A stretch of DNA of 64,000 nt from Octopus bimaculoides (taxonomy: Eukaryota), in contig NC_068987.1 in assembly GCF_001194135.2 (NCBI RefSeq), positions 68,730,857 to 68,794,856 on the forward strand, written 5' to 3'. The translations under genes and the position numbers were made by a program. Below the pieces are notes generated by a model. That model searched no databases. It was not told the origin of the DNA and worked only from the letters and a program-made list of their open reading frames with translations. Below, one piece after another: positions 12,737 through 27,099 of the stretch (within the stretch, counting starts at the first letter, position 1; each line of letters begins with the position of its first letter).

Positions 12737-12837
12737 GGAGTAAGCATATAAATGTGAAACAAGGTGCAAAAAAGAGTACTCAAATACCATAGGTATATAT
12801 ATATGTTTGTACACGCATACATTTATAACCGATAGAA

Positions 12838-12913
12838 AGAATGACTCAAGGACCGAGAGTTTCATCCATTGGTACATATCAATATACAAAACTCTCGGCC
12901 CTTGAATCACTCT
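12838..12913 (-). ncRNA. Hairpin: pre-miRNA-like candidate or fold-back repeat relic
   Basis: 21-bp arms at 12842-12862 and 12889-12909. The two A/C mismatches on + are G-U pairs on -. Loop is 26 nt. Confidence 0.3.
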
Positions 12914-13367
12914 GAAAGTTCTGCCGATTATTAATAAGAATGTATATATATATTGAGTTCTATTTTCCTGTTTGCATCACCAAACCTGTACGTATGTATG
13001 TATGTGTGTATTTATGTATGTATGTATGTATGTATGTGCATGTGTGTGTAGGTGTGTATGTACATATATATGTAGCATATACTCATATACGTATATGTAT
13101 ATACATATATATACATATTGAGAGAAAGAGTGAGAGAGAAAGAGTGAGAGGGAAAGGGGGAGAGGAACAGTGCTCCATGTGCAGATATAAGAATGGCCAC
13201 CACCCGTAGGCTCAACTAGTGGAAATGTGCAGTATACGTATTTGTCTTTTCATTTGTGTACAGAGCAGCTGTTGTAGGGCGGTCGTGAAGCAGAATAATG
13301 TTCAGTAGTATAATCCAAAGCAACAAGATCAGAACGGAGATATTGAAAGAAAACGCAATGTAATAAT

Positions 13368-13438
<71 letters not shown>

Positions 13439-13923
13439 TAACAACAACAACCACAACAGCAACAATAATCAGTAGTGGTATGCTTAAACACTTTGCAGAA
13501 GGTGACGATGTTGGGAAGAATAATCGATTAACTTGAAAAACTGTTTTTCTTAATGTTTAGAATTTAGAATATATTATGATTATATGTGTATGCATGTGNN
13601 NNNNNNNNNNNNNNNNNNNNNNNNNNNNNNNNNNNNNNNNNNNNNNNNNNNNNNNNNNNNNNNNNNNNNNNNNNNNNNNNNNNNNNNNNNNNNNNNNNNN
13701 NNNNNNNNNNNNNNNNNNNNNNNNNNNNNNNNNNNNNNNNNNNNNNNNNNNNNNNNNNNNNNNNNNNNNNNNNNNNNNNNNNNNNNNNNNNNNNNNNNNN
13801 NNNNNNNNNNNNNNNNNNNNNNNNNNNNNNNNNNNNNNNNNNNNNNNNNNNNNNNNNNNNNNNNNNNNNNNNNNNNNNNNNNNNNNNNNNNNNNNNNNNN
13901 NNNNNNNNNNNNNNNNNNNNNNN

Positions 13924-13984
<61 letters not shown>

Positions 13985-14662
13985 TTCTGTATATGCATGT
14001 GTGTGTGTGTATGTCTATATGTATGTATATGCGCACACATATTAGTAGTATTAGTGAGCAAATATACCTTATCAAGCATTTCAACCGTCCTTCAATGCAT
14101 TAGGTTTCCATCAAACAGTATACGCTTTGTTTCTCATATTAATAAGGTGGGATTTGCGGTAATTTCGTTGCTATTTCTAAATGTTCTACTAACCGCGTAG
14201 AGACTCTTCTGCTGGCCTAGTTTCTTGTTTGTGTTTTCGTAAACCCTCACATCTGCTCTTATCTACAGTTCGTATAATTCGTAATGTTAATAGTGACAAT
14301 AGAATTGGTTGTTCTATGCTGGCGAAATCGAACCCGAACACATAGGAAATGAGAACGACGAAAGCAACGATCTATCTGTCTATATATATATATATATATA
14401 TATATNNNNNNNNNNNNNNNNNNNNNNNNNNNNNNNNNNNNNNNNNNNNNNNNNNNNNNNNNNNNNNNNNNNNNNNNNNNNNNNNNNNNNNNNNNNNNNN
14501 NNNNNNNNNNNNNNNNNNNNNNNNNNNNNNNNNNNNNNNNNNNNNNNNNNNNNNNNNNNNNNNNNNNNNNNNNNNNNNNNNNNNNNNNNNNNNNNNNNNN
14601 NNNNNNNNNNNNNNNNNNNNNNNNNNNNNNNNNNNNNNNNNNNNNNNNNNNNNNNNNNNNNN

Positions 14663-14730
14663 TTCACTAGTATATATTCTATCGATACCGAAGGGATAAA
14701 GGCAGAGTTGATCTCGGAGATATTTAACCT
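14663..14730 (-). mobile_element. Type-A SINE core fragment
   Basis: TTCTATCGATACCGAAGGGATAAAGGCAGAGTTGATCTCGG resembles the reverse type-A core. Confidence 0.5.
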
Positions 14731-14910
14731 CCCAATATAAAAATTTATGCCAAATATTTCACTCGACAATTATATCATTCTTGTTTGTATATGATGGCTG
14801 CTGTTCTGCCAAAGGTCAGTCTCATTCATTAATTCGCCCCCTTTTTCTCTTTTTTGAACTCCTCCTCCTCTCTCCTCTCATTCACTCATTCCCGCCCTCT
14901 CGCTATCTCA

Positions 14911-14970
<60 letters not shown>

Positions 14971-16027
14971 CGGAAAATAAGACAGAAAACGAGACATAAC
15001 TAAACACAGAGGCAACCATCTTTGTCTATTGTACTTGTAAGTAGTTTATTTTCTTATCTATCGACCATTTAGCTAGTTTCTTTTATGATAACCGTTTGTT
15101 GCTTTAATTGTTTTTCGTCCAACTGTCTCTACCTTAGCAAGACGTGCTAAATCTCTCCCTTCCTATCTCACCTAATTCTTTCCTCCCTCTCTCCCCTCCC
15201 TCTTTCTCCTCTCCCTCTCTTTCTTTCTTTCTTTCTTTCTTTCTTCCTATATATATTTATATGCTTATCTCTCTCTATATGTGTCTGTATGTGTGAGTGA
15301 ATACATACATACATACATACGCACGCACACACACATACGCACACGCACAAACATATACATACAGGATATTTAAAGGACTGAAAGGAAGTACGTTAAATCG
15401 ACTATAACTTAGGGGGGTCATTTTTAATGTGAGAAACTATTTAATACACTAGAACACGACATAAAATCCTGGAGACACACGAAAAAATATGTAATTTTAC
15501 ATACGTCTTTTAGCGAAGTAGTTGGTGAGCAATTCTCCGTAGCAGTTGTAGTGAAGGATGGTGCTTTAATGGAGCCGTTTGGTGTCGCATAAAACACTTT
15601 GTAGTTTAGGTTTCAGCTCTCAACACCCTGCATTTGATTTAAAATCTAACTGCTGGAATCAACTTTACTTAATATCACCTGAACGTTGGTAAATGAAGTA
15701 CCAGTCAGGAAGGGTTTTTTTTTTTTCTCATGATTGTACTTGTCGTTAAAATATCCAGTTTGCCCAAATTGCGTCGTGTTTATTTGGCGGGTTTCGTTGG
15801 GGTTACACATTTAAAGAGTAGGTTGTTTATCTAGTCGAACGAATAGATGATCACTGTCGAGATCGACGAAGAGTTCATCCAACACTTAACTACTAACTCG
15901 GTCGGGTCGCTACAATTTCCATCTTCTTCCTAGTAACAGAACCCTCCCTTCGTTTTATCGTACACTTGTTTCTTTTATTTTTACCATACCCTCCTTTTAT
16001 CGTGCACTTATTTTATCATACACTTTT

Positions 16028-16090
16028 ATCATCATCATCATCGCTACCACAACCACCACCATGATCATCATCATCATCATCGTCACCACA

Positions 16091-16121
<31 letters not shown>

Positions 16122-16171
16122 TCATCATCGCTACCACAACCACCATCATCATCATCATCATCGCCACCACA

Positions 16172-16230
<59 letters not shown>

Positions 16231-16231
16231 G

Positions 16232-16271
<40 letters not shown>

Positions 16272-16285
16272 GCAAAAGCAGCAGC
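16028..16285 (+). repeat. Compound in-register trinucleotide array (CAT/CAC/CAG)
   Basis: Direct reading; recurring CATCGCTACCACAACCAC super-units. Confidence 0.9.
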
Positions 16286-17041
16286 TGTGGTACCGGCAAC
16301 ATTCATGAAGTGTCTCACATCTACCTGTAAACCTACTGCCAACCGCCACCCAAGACCATTCTGCTATCAGACCGCCATTATACCAATAAATAGAAATATA
16401 GCTTTCTAAAATTTTTTTTTAAAGACGCAGAAGAAAAGAGTAAAAAAATTCAACGAAAAGATGAAAATTTTATAGAAAAAAATTTTGAACAGGGACGACT
16501 TCAACAACACAACAATAACAACAACAACACAACAATAACAATAACAACAGCAATGCCGATGTCAGTGGCAGTTAACAGCAGCAAAGAAATAACCAGAAAA
16601 ACAACAACAACAACAACAACAACAGCAGCACCAGCAATGTTTACTACATGAAGAAGTGTGGCAGATATAATATGGCGGTGAGGTGATTGGGAGAGAAAGT
16701 TGGGTTGAAATGGAGGTAAAAAAAAAAACTAAAAAAAAAAAAACTATAGAAATCAACAAAAAGAACGAATGAAAAAAAAAAAAAAATTTCGAGAACAGAA
16801 AAAGAGAGGAATGGTTGATTCAAAAAGTAAAACGCAGGAGAAAAAAAAAAAAAAAATCTAAAAAGAGAATATTAAATGACTATAAAAAATTACAAATATG
16901 GAAGATGTTAAGATGAAAAAAAAACAAAAAGAGAATGGAAATTAGAGATGAAAAATAGAGGGAAAGCCTATAATAATTATAAAAATACTTATTAATAATA
17001 TTATTATTATAATTATCATCATCGACATCAATAATAACAAC

Positions 17042-17083
<42 letters not shown>

Positions 17084-17379
17084 GATGATGATGATGATGA
17101 TCAAAAGTTAAAATTAAATTACATTTAAGCAGTTAAAAATAAAATTTTGAAGAAACGTTGTTTAAATATGTATTTATACAGTACTAGTTAGGTTATNNNN
17201 NNNNNNNNNNNNNNNNNNNNNNNNNNNNNNNNNNNNNNNNNNNNNNNNNNNNNNNNNNNNNNNNNNNNNNNNNNNNNNNNNNNNNNNNNNNNNNNNNNNN
17301 NNNNNNNNNNNNNNNNNNNNNNNNNNNNNNNNNNGTCGTGAATGCACTTGTTAATTGATGATCGCGCAGATGACGATTA

Positions 17380-17640
17380 TAATGATGGTGCTGGTGTTGG
17401 TGTTGGTGGTGATGATAGTGATAATGACGAAGGTGGAAATGATCGTTATTCTAAAGAAGAAGGAGGAGGAGGAGGAGGAGGAGGAGGAAGAAGAAGAAGA
17501 AGAAGGAGGAGAAGAAGAAGAAGAAGAAGAAGAAGAAGAAGAAGAAGAAGAAGAAGAAGATGATGATGATGATGATAATAATGAGGATGATGATGGTGGT
17601 GGTGTTGGTGGTGGTGGCGGTGATAATGATGATGATGATG
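17380..17640 (+). repeat. Compound trinucleotide array (GGA/GAA/GAT/GGT)
   Basis: Direct reading. Confidence 0.9.
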
Positions 17641-17802
17641 AGACTGGGTAGAGGGGAAAGTCGATATAATAAGTACTGAAAGATAGAGAGGTATTTCAAA
17701 GCGACAAGAAGTAAATCTGAGGAAAATATGTACAGGAGTTGAAAGAGCAACATAATACAAAGTGAAGATATACTGTGGAGAGAGTTTCAGAGAACGAGTG
17801 AC

Positions 17803-17837
<35 letters not shown>

Positions 17838-18506
17838 AAAACACACACACGCTCACACACACATGCACACACGCACACCCAGAGAAGAGAGTGAGAGACA
17901 GAGATAGAGAAATACAGATATGTCTCTGAAGAGTAAGAAAATGCTTAAAAGTTAACGACTACCTAATTGAAAAGTAACATAAATGCTTAAATCAATGTGT
18001 TATGTACATTGTGGCATCATTTGTCATTAGTCTCGGATCGAGAAAAGCTTCGTGAAATGTGTTACGTGGAAATTATGTATGGGTTGAAGTCGAACTGATA
18101 GAGGATCAACGATGATTAAACTTATTTTCAGCGGGCGAAGGTTCAGAAAATCTATGGACGACTATAAATGTATAAATGCACATGAATACAATATATTTTC
18201 TCTTAGTTTCTTAGTCACAACCCTATTTCTGAACACGCCACTACTAATCAAGTGATTAATATTCGGCAGCTTCAATACTGCGGGGAGTCACTTTTTTCTT
18301 TTTTTATACATCAGAGATCAAGGAAATATACACCTATTATAATCTGCGAAATTAATATAGCATATCACAAGAATTATATTCACACAGACATATAAAGGCA
18401 CATGGGTACATTTGAATATACTAATACAGACATATATATGCATTATATATANNNNNNNNNNNNNNNNNNNNNNNNNNNNNNNNATATATATATATATATA
18501 TATACA

Positions 18507-18690
18507 TATTCTTTTATTTGCCTCAGTCATTTGACTGCGGTCATGCTGGAGTACCTCCCTTCATCGAATTATTCTTTGTAAGCATCGTCCTTATTATATC
18601 AGTCTCTTATGACGAACCGTTAAGTTACGGGGACGTTACACACCAGCATCGGTTGCCAAGCGATGGTGGGGGAACAAACATAGACACACA
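18507..18690 (-). mobile_element. 3' module (E) of the composite SINE
   Basis: TTTGACTGCGGTCATGCTGGAG...GAACCGTTAAGTTACGGGGACGT...CCAGCATCGGTTG is the reverse of 30600-30800. Confidence 0.8.
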
Positions 18691-18819
18691 GACATACACA
18701 CACCCTCACACATACACACACACACATATATAAGTACATACACATATATAAGTACATACATACATACAGACATACATACATACATGCATGTATGCATACA
18801 TACATACATATATACATAT

Positions 18820-18857
<38 letters not shown>

Positions 18858-18905
18858 ACACACACACATATATACATGTAGGAGTACCCACACATAAATG
18901 CACTG

Positions 18906-19013
18906 GAGAAGAAGAAGAAGAAGAAGAAGAAGAAGAAGAAGAAGAAGAAGAAGAAGAAGAAGAAAAAGAAGAAGAAGAAGAAGAAGAAGAAGAAGAAGAA
19001 GAAGAAGAAGAAG
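18906..19013 (+). repeat. (GAA)n array of about 36 units
   Basis: Direct reading. Confidence 0.95.
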
Positions 19014-21326
19014 ACTGGTACGTTATTTATCGAAAGAACTAAAGTTCAGAACAGCAAGATTTAAATCCGAGGCGCATACACGCGCGCGCACACACGCACA
19101 TGTGCACACACACATACACACACTCTTATCTATATACAGGTGTGTGCATATATCTCTTATATGTATGTGTGTATTTTTATATGCTTATATACATATGTGC
19201 ATCTATATATGCATATATATATGTATTTGTGTGTGTGTGTGTGTGTATGTATACATATATAAACATAAATTAGTGTGTGTATGTGTGTGTATGTGTATGA
19301 GTTTGTGTGTGCATAAAAACAAAATAGCCATCACTGAAATCCTGAAATCATTGAAAACCTAGGACGAATGACCTATACATAAATATACATGAACCAAGCA
19401 AACACACATAAATTATACAAGACTTATACACGCATGCATACACATACACACACACACATACACATACAGAACAACAACAATACATACTCTCGCACAGAAA
19501 ATGTAGATTAAACTCACGCACAAATTATCCATTTATGCAAACAGATACATGTATAGATACACACAAATGCTGAACTCTTCACATACATGCCAAGTTATGG
19601 CATCATCAATAGATGATGACACACAGCAAAGTGCATTGATGCATTAGTAGAAAGATCACTGCTGGTGCAACAACCGGAATATATTAACCTCGTGTCTTTC
19701 TTGGACTGTTATATCGCAGTCTGGTGAATATTGATCAAAGACACATTTAGAAATACCTTACTTCACTTGATACGCTTTGGCTTCTCAAACCATTTGCTGG
19801 ATGTTTGAAGCACTTCTGAATTGTCCAGTCAGACATACATGACCAGAGTACGTTAGGAATATGAAGATATGATTTGGTGTCAATCAAAACTACATACAGA
19901 CATGCATATATAACATGAGTACAAGTGTGTGTATGTGCGTCTGAGTATGTGTTTGTGTGTGTACCTGTGTGCGTATGCGTGCGTGCGTATGTGTGTGTGA
20001 CTGTAAAGCCGTGAAATGGACTGTAGCTATAATTCAATGTGTCAGTCTTGTTATACCAGTCTTTGTCTCTTGGTGCTTCTGAGAGAGAATTACGTTAAAG
20101 TATCTCTCTTTTGTGAGACACTCAGCAGCTTACCCCATATTTCATGAGTAACGATTTCAGATAATAGAACAACTGAAATACTCATTGCCGGAGACTGCAG
20201 ATTCATTTACTTTTCTTTGTATATATGTTAGGATGTGTGTGTTTCTGTGTGTATATGTTATATGCATTATTCCTCTAATGACAAATATGAAGAATACGAA
20301 CGCGACATTCTGAGGCTGTACAGTTAAACCAGCGTTGTCTCATCTAATTTGGTATCGTCCGCTAGTCTAACATTAATAGCGTTCATCTTCACATTAGCTT
20401 TGAGTTCGTAACGAAACCCTAGGCTTGTGTGGATCACTAATAAAGCACTAGTTCCTACGTGTTGACTTGTGAAACTTTGAACGAGCCACCTGGTCTATGG
20501 TTACTTTTAGCAGAGTCCACTTTGTTGTAAACACTCGAGTTAGAATTCTACTTTAAGGATAACTTCTCTTTCGTATTGCCCATCTCGAGGGCCCTGATAA
20601 AAATCAAGACCTCTCACCTTCCTACTCTGAATAGATCATGAAAATAAGTTTTAAAATTTTGGGGAGCTTGCATACCACAAAATTTGAATTTGTAAGGTTT
20701 CTATTGAAGGAGGAGTGAGAGAAAGTGAAAGGAAACGCGTGTGAGGAAGAAAAAGAGGGAAGACAAAAACAAATAAGAAACCTTGGTATTGTCCATATCA
20801 CATTATCTGACACCATTATGGCATGCATTTAAAATGCGTTATTTTCTCTAATAGATTAGTCTAATTAACTACCCTGATTTTTGCGGGTATTCGTCTTAGT
20901 GACCACAGGAATAAAGAGTTATGATGGCATCAGTAAGACTGGAAGAGTCAAATATTATTTCTGGTTTATTTTAGACAGGATGTCAATTTTTGTAGGGAAG
21001 AAACCGACCTTACTCATATATGACTAGTACATATTATATTAACCCACGGGAGAATGTAAAATTAATCGATACAAACAGAATAAGAACATAGAGTCCATGA
21101 GAATGAAGCTAAATACTGTTATACATTAAATTCGGCGTTATGTTATCTCAGCAATTTCCAACACAACTTGGAACAGCCTAGTTTTCAAGATTTGGAATAT
21201 TCCACTGTCTACAATCAACACATTTACGTGTGTGCATTTATGCTTTGGTGTATGTGAGCGTATGTGTACATATATCAATGCGTACGTGTTATGGCTGTCT
21301 GTTTGTTGTGTGTGTGTGTTTGTGTG

Positions 21327-21378
<52 letters not shown>

Positions 21379-21511
21379 TCAGATAGATAAAGAGAAAGAC
21401 AGGGAAGGGAGAGTCGAGGAGAGTGAACCGTACAAATATCCGGAGACACATACTGACTAAGTGATAGTGATAGATAGATAGATAAATAGATAGATAGACA
21501 GACAGACAGAC

Positions 21512-21575
<64 letters not shown>

Positions 21576-22148
21576 GGAGGTGGGAGAGGAAATAAATGAT
21601 TCAATGCATGCACTGATAGACTAATTCCTGTACACATTGAAGATGAAGTCTCAGAGCTGAGGCAAATAACTGACCTTATACACTTGATCAAAAATAGAAG
21701 AAAGCTACTCTTTACAAGCTCACAGAGCGCCATTCTCAGATAACCCTCCACACCAACATCGATAATGGGAGAGAACAGAAACAATAAAGAAAAGAAAGAG
21801 AAGGAGAAAGAGAGAAAGGAAGGAAAAAAGAGAAGGTAGAGTGTGAGGTAGGGATAGAGGAAGAAGAGAGAAGATTATCTCTTAGAATCTACATGTTAAT
21901 CTCTTAGACAACACAAGGGACCGAATTTGATTGCACGGATAAATGGATGATTAAATTAAAGGAATTACTTTGTCTCACTGTCTGACTAAGTTACTATATA
22001 CACGGAAAAATTAATGTTGATTTAGATGAATGCGTGGTGATATAACTCTTTAGATGAAGGCATGGTTTGTCTCTTTGAATGAGGGCGAAATGGCTGACTA
22101 TGTGGTAGTAAAAGCGGAGTCAGCGAAAACTAGTGATGTTCCTTGTAG

Positions 22149-22299
22149 GTAAAACATAACAGAAATGATTCAAATAGTGGAGTTAATTTTATACCGCGAG
22201 GAAGAAATAACTACAGTGAATCATTCTCCCGAAATGATGAGCTTAGTATTCTCAAACGGATTCTTACTGGAGAAAAACAACATCCCTATGATATCAGTG
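22149..22299 (+). other. Candidate internal coding exon (unverified)
   Basis: Acceptor TTCCTTGTAG, donor G|GTAAAT, open frame VKHNRNDSNSG...KQHPYDIS; no recognisable homology. Confidence 0.15.
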
Positions 22300-22396
22300 G
22301 TAAATCATTATCACAACGCACACACCACACACAACACAAATACATACACACTCATATATATACACACGCACACACACACACACACGCATACATACA

Positions 22397-22469
<73 letters not shown>

Positions 22470-22773
22470 CATACACGCACATACATATCTATATATGTAT
22501 ATATTTATTATATATAAGTATATATAATAATATATATATATAATATATATATATCATATATACATACATATACATACATACACACATACTCACACGCACA
22601 CACACATATATAAATTGGACTCAAGAGTGCAACGAGTGTAATGGTGTTTTACACAAAGAAAATGTCTCACTTTACTTTAAGCATATATACACATACATAT
22701 ACATATATGTATATGTGCATATGTACATATATACACACACGCACATACACATACACACACACGTTAAAGATAG

Positions 22774-22809
<36 letters not shown>

Positions 22810-23825
22810 TCATATATGTGCATACTGTCATACAAACTTACTTGCATGTATACGCTCTTCAGAGGAAATACAGAATGTTACACGTCTATTTCAGTGTTTA
22901 AAATACATGGGGTTAGAAGAAGCATATTTCTGCAACAAGTGTGCCAATTTTTTTGTACATGCGCAATAGAAATATCCCAAACCACCGAACTCTATGTGTA
23001 GATTGTCATAGCATTAACGCCAATTCATACCGACGTACAAATGCTCACTCACAAAAAGCACATACATATGCACAGACACACACACAAAAAAAACGCACTC
23101 GCAGATATATGTATATATATATATATATATAAATAAAAATAAAAATAAAAATAAAAATAAAAATAAAAAAATATATNNNNNNNNNNNNNNNNNNNNNNNN
23201 NNNNNNNNNNNNNNNNNNNNNNNNNNNNNNNNNNNNNNNNNNNNNNNNNNNNNNNNNNNNNNNNNNNNNNNNNNNNNNNNNNNNNNNNNNNNNNNNNNNN
23301 NNNNNNNNNNNNNNNNNNNNNNNNNNNNNNNNNNNNNNNNNNNNNNNNNNNNNNNNNNNNNNNNNNNNNNNNNNNNNNNNNNNNNNNNNNNNNNNNNNNN
23401 NNNNNNNNNNNNNNNNNNNNNNNNNNNNNNNNNNNNNNNNNNNNNNNNNNNNNNNNNNNNNNNNNNNNNNNNNNNNNNNNNNNNNNNNNNNNNNNNNNNN
23501 NNNNNNNNNNNNNNNNNNNNNNNNNNNNNNNNNNNNNNNNNNNNNNNNNNNNNNNNNNNNNNNNNNNNNNNNNNNNNNNNNNNNNNNNNNNNNNNNNNNN
23601 NNNNNNNNNNNNNNNNNNNNNNNNNNNNNNNNNNNNACTTACACATACATCTGTTGTGAAACTTCTGGTGATAAAAGCAGTAATTTTATCGATTACTCTT
23701 GAACGTGGGGGGTGCAAAATACACTGACAACTATGAGAATTTATAAATAGCTAAGCAAAAATACGCAAATATATGGAAATATATATATATGCGTATATAT
23801 ATCTGTGTATGTGTATACACATATG

Positions 23826-23871
<46 letters not shown>

Positions 23872-23936
23872 CATATACATTTGTATATATGTACGTATAC
23901 ACATATATGTATATATATATATATAATATATATATA

Positions 23937-23974
<38 letters not shown>

Positions 23975-24689
23975 CACACACACATATATATATATATACA
24001 CATATACATATACATATATATACATATATATATGTATGTATGTATACATCTATCTATCTATTTATCTATCTTTCTTTATCTTTATGTGTGTGTGTTTGTG
24101 TGTGTCTATTTATATTCATACAGTCAAAACCTTTATATAATTATGTGCATGCATTTGTGTGTGGAAACTTATGTCTATATGCATATAGATGCATTTACCC
24201 ACAATGAGGCATAATCATCAACACACTGTTGCAACTAACCAAGGACGACAGCAAACTATGTATCATCTTGTTGAAATCTTATATCGGTTTAAAAAACTAA
24301 ATAATAAAATATATATGATTACAAATATATCGCCAGATCATTCCCATATGGCATGACGCAGCTGTTTCGAATCATACGAACACCGTTCTCCACAGAGAAG
24401 CAAATCTATATTAAGCACTCAAGCAACAAGGGGTATTTATTCGATAGCTGACAGATGTCGTTTAATCTTCGTCCAGAAAGATTTGTTGAATTGGCTCATC
24501 GCACATATACTGATAACTACCTGTACATGGAGATCTATGTTTATGCGTCTGCGTGTACACTTACATGCTAACAACCATATTATATGCACACACAGACACA
24601 CACAAAAGCAGATACATATATCTGTACACACTTACACACACACAAGCACATACACATATATTGTATGTTCGATACATGCCATAGAGAAC

Positions 24690-24760
24690 GCTTTCTTGAA
24701 ACTGAACCTGGGGGTCTCTTTCACGTCTCGAGTTTCACGCTACTGCAATCTTCAGATATG
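24690..24760 (-). mobile_element. Decayed hammerhead-like motif, probably a Penelope-type end
   Basis: Minus strand: CTGAAGA (24755-24749) TTGCAGTAGCGT GAAA CTCGAG AC GTG. Confidence 0.4.
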
Positions 24761-24776
24761 TACTATCTATCTATCA

Positions 24777-24839
<63 letters not shown>

Positions 24840-24849
24840 CCTCTGTCTA

Positions 24850-24896
<47 letters not shown>

Positions 24897-27011
24897 CTCT
24901 ATCTATCTATCTTTCTATTTATCTATCTATTAATCTATCTGTCTGTCTATCTGTCTATCTATCTGTCCGTCTGTCTGTCTATATGTATATGTCTCGCCAT
25001 CGCGGAACAGTATATTATGCACACACACACACGCACAAAAACATACACATACACACACACACACACACACGCACACACTTACACACCACACACATTCATG
25101 CATAAACCCATGCATGCTACTTGCATACATATATATATATATAGTATTAGGAAATTATGTAGGAATGACTGAAAGAATGTTCAATGTCACTAATGCAAGC
25201 CTGTTGTCTTCTAGGAACTAAGAAATGAGCAACGATATAACTTCATCATCCTCAAGCTATAAGGAGATGCGAAAAGGCAAGAAAATTAGCAAGCAAAACA
25301 AACCCTACACCTATGGTTCCAAGGTCTCCGGCATTTGTGTGACAAATTTTTCATTTTAAATATTCTGTATATTAAGTGCTGAAAGTCAAACTCGCTCAAG
25401 GCACGATTTGAACTAGAAATTAAGCATCTTGCAATTTTTACTAAAGATCACTACTTCCGCAATGTAATTGTCAATCACTGATACAGCAATCTGAAAATTC
25501 ATCAGTCCCCAGGCCCTTAAAGTTATCAATCTGAACCCTAGTAGTCGATCTGAACCCTAGATTATATTTGATTACCCTACATCACCTTGAACTAATCTAT
25601 TCATAATCATCTCCCATGATTTTGTTCCATCATGAGCACGGTATTATTATTTTAAGCGTATGAACCAACGAATAAAACTCTATGCGATCGTTCTGCTTGC
25701 TAGAAATAGCGACTAAATTTCTTTTCAATGACACTTCGCAATGAAATGTAAGCATTTCAGTATGACCGTAAAAATAGAAAGTATGTGAAGGTTACAACTG
25801 AAACATCCCCAACCATATGATCTGCTCATTCAAACCTAAACTGGGGCGAAAAATAAACTGAAAGACCAAAATAGAGAGTTGGTGATTACATCATAAAACC
25901 TCCGACAAACGGAATCCAATGTTAGTATTTGTATTTCCAGTAAGATCCGTTTTTACTTTTTTTACAGCTGATTTACTGAAAGCCATGGAAAGTGTGAAAA
26001 CTAAAATTTTCTAATTTTCCCTATCAATTTTAATTTTGTTAAAGAAAATTGAAAACTCATCGCTCCAGTTTTGTTTTCAAGCTTCTCCACTGGATATATT
26101 TGTGTATCTATCCTTAAGTTAGAAATAATAAATCTTCATCTTCTTTTCATGCTGTTAACGTTGCTTAATCTCAAATCTACCTCGATGGCGCAGACCTGTG
26201 TAAAAAAGTGTTCTAGCCTTGACACAATCCTCTTTTCCATTTTTTTTCCTTCAGATGGTTAGATGCAATTTGAGGGAGATTTAACACTTATTTCTAGTAT
26301 TTTCGTACGACCTCTCAAAGTCTCCCTCGTTGACGCGTACAGATGTTTGTTATTAATTGAAACAACTGTTTGATGTTCTATCCATTGTCTGCAGTTAATC
26401 AGCTCCTATTTTCAGGTTCACGCTTTTCTCTAGAACATTAAACGTGTATATGAAGTGAAAGAGTTTATAAAGATGAAATGGAATTAGACTATAGACCGTT
26501 CAATACCACCTCACCTACCTCTCTTCAGTTAAGTTAGACTACACACTATTCAACAGCAGTTCACTTTATACTCTCACAACTTGAAATTGTACAGGGAAAT
26601 GTTGATGCCATACAACATAAACACACACACTCGCACATATACACAACCACTCTCATACAAACACAGAGAAATTGAGAAAGGGTAAGAGAATGTGTATGTG
26701 AGAGTTCTCTAAGGTTGTATGATACCCTCGGGTTGACAAAAATCAAGACTGGAACCTTTTATATTTCTTCCATCGCTTATTTTCTTCTTTTATCCAACAA
26801 ATATCTGAAAAGACATCTAACCAGAAAATAGCTGCCTGTTTGTGTCATTCTCAGCTTTCACCGAGAGACAGTGTCACAACAAGAGTATTCAGCATAAAAT
26901 TTTGGCAGTGAAAAAAGAACAAACAAACAAACAAAAAAAATGGCAAGACCTTACTTTGTCAAAACTTCCCAGAGGTGAAAAATCTTTAAAAAAAATGTAA
27001 TAATAATAATG

Positions 27012-27099
<88 letters not shown>

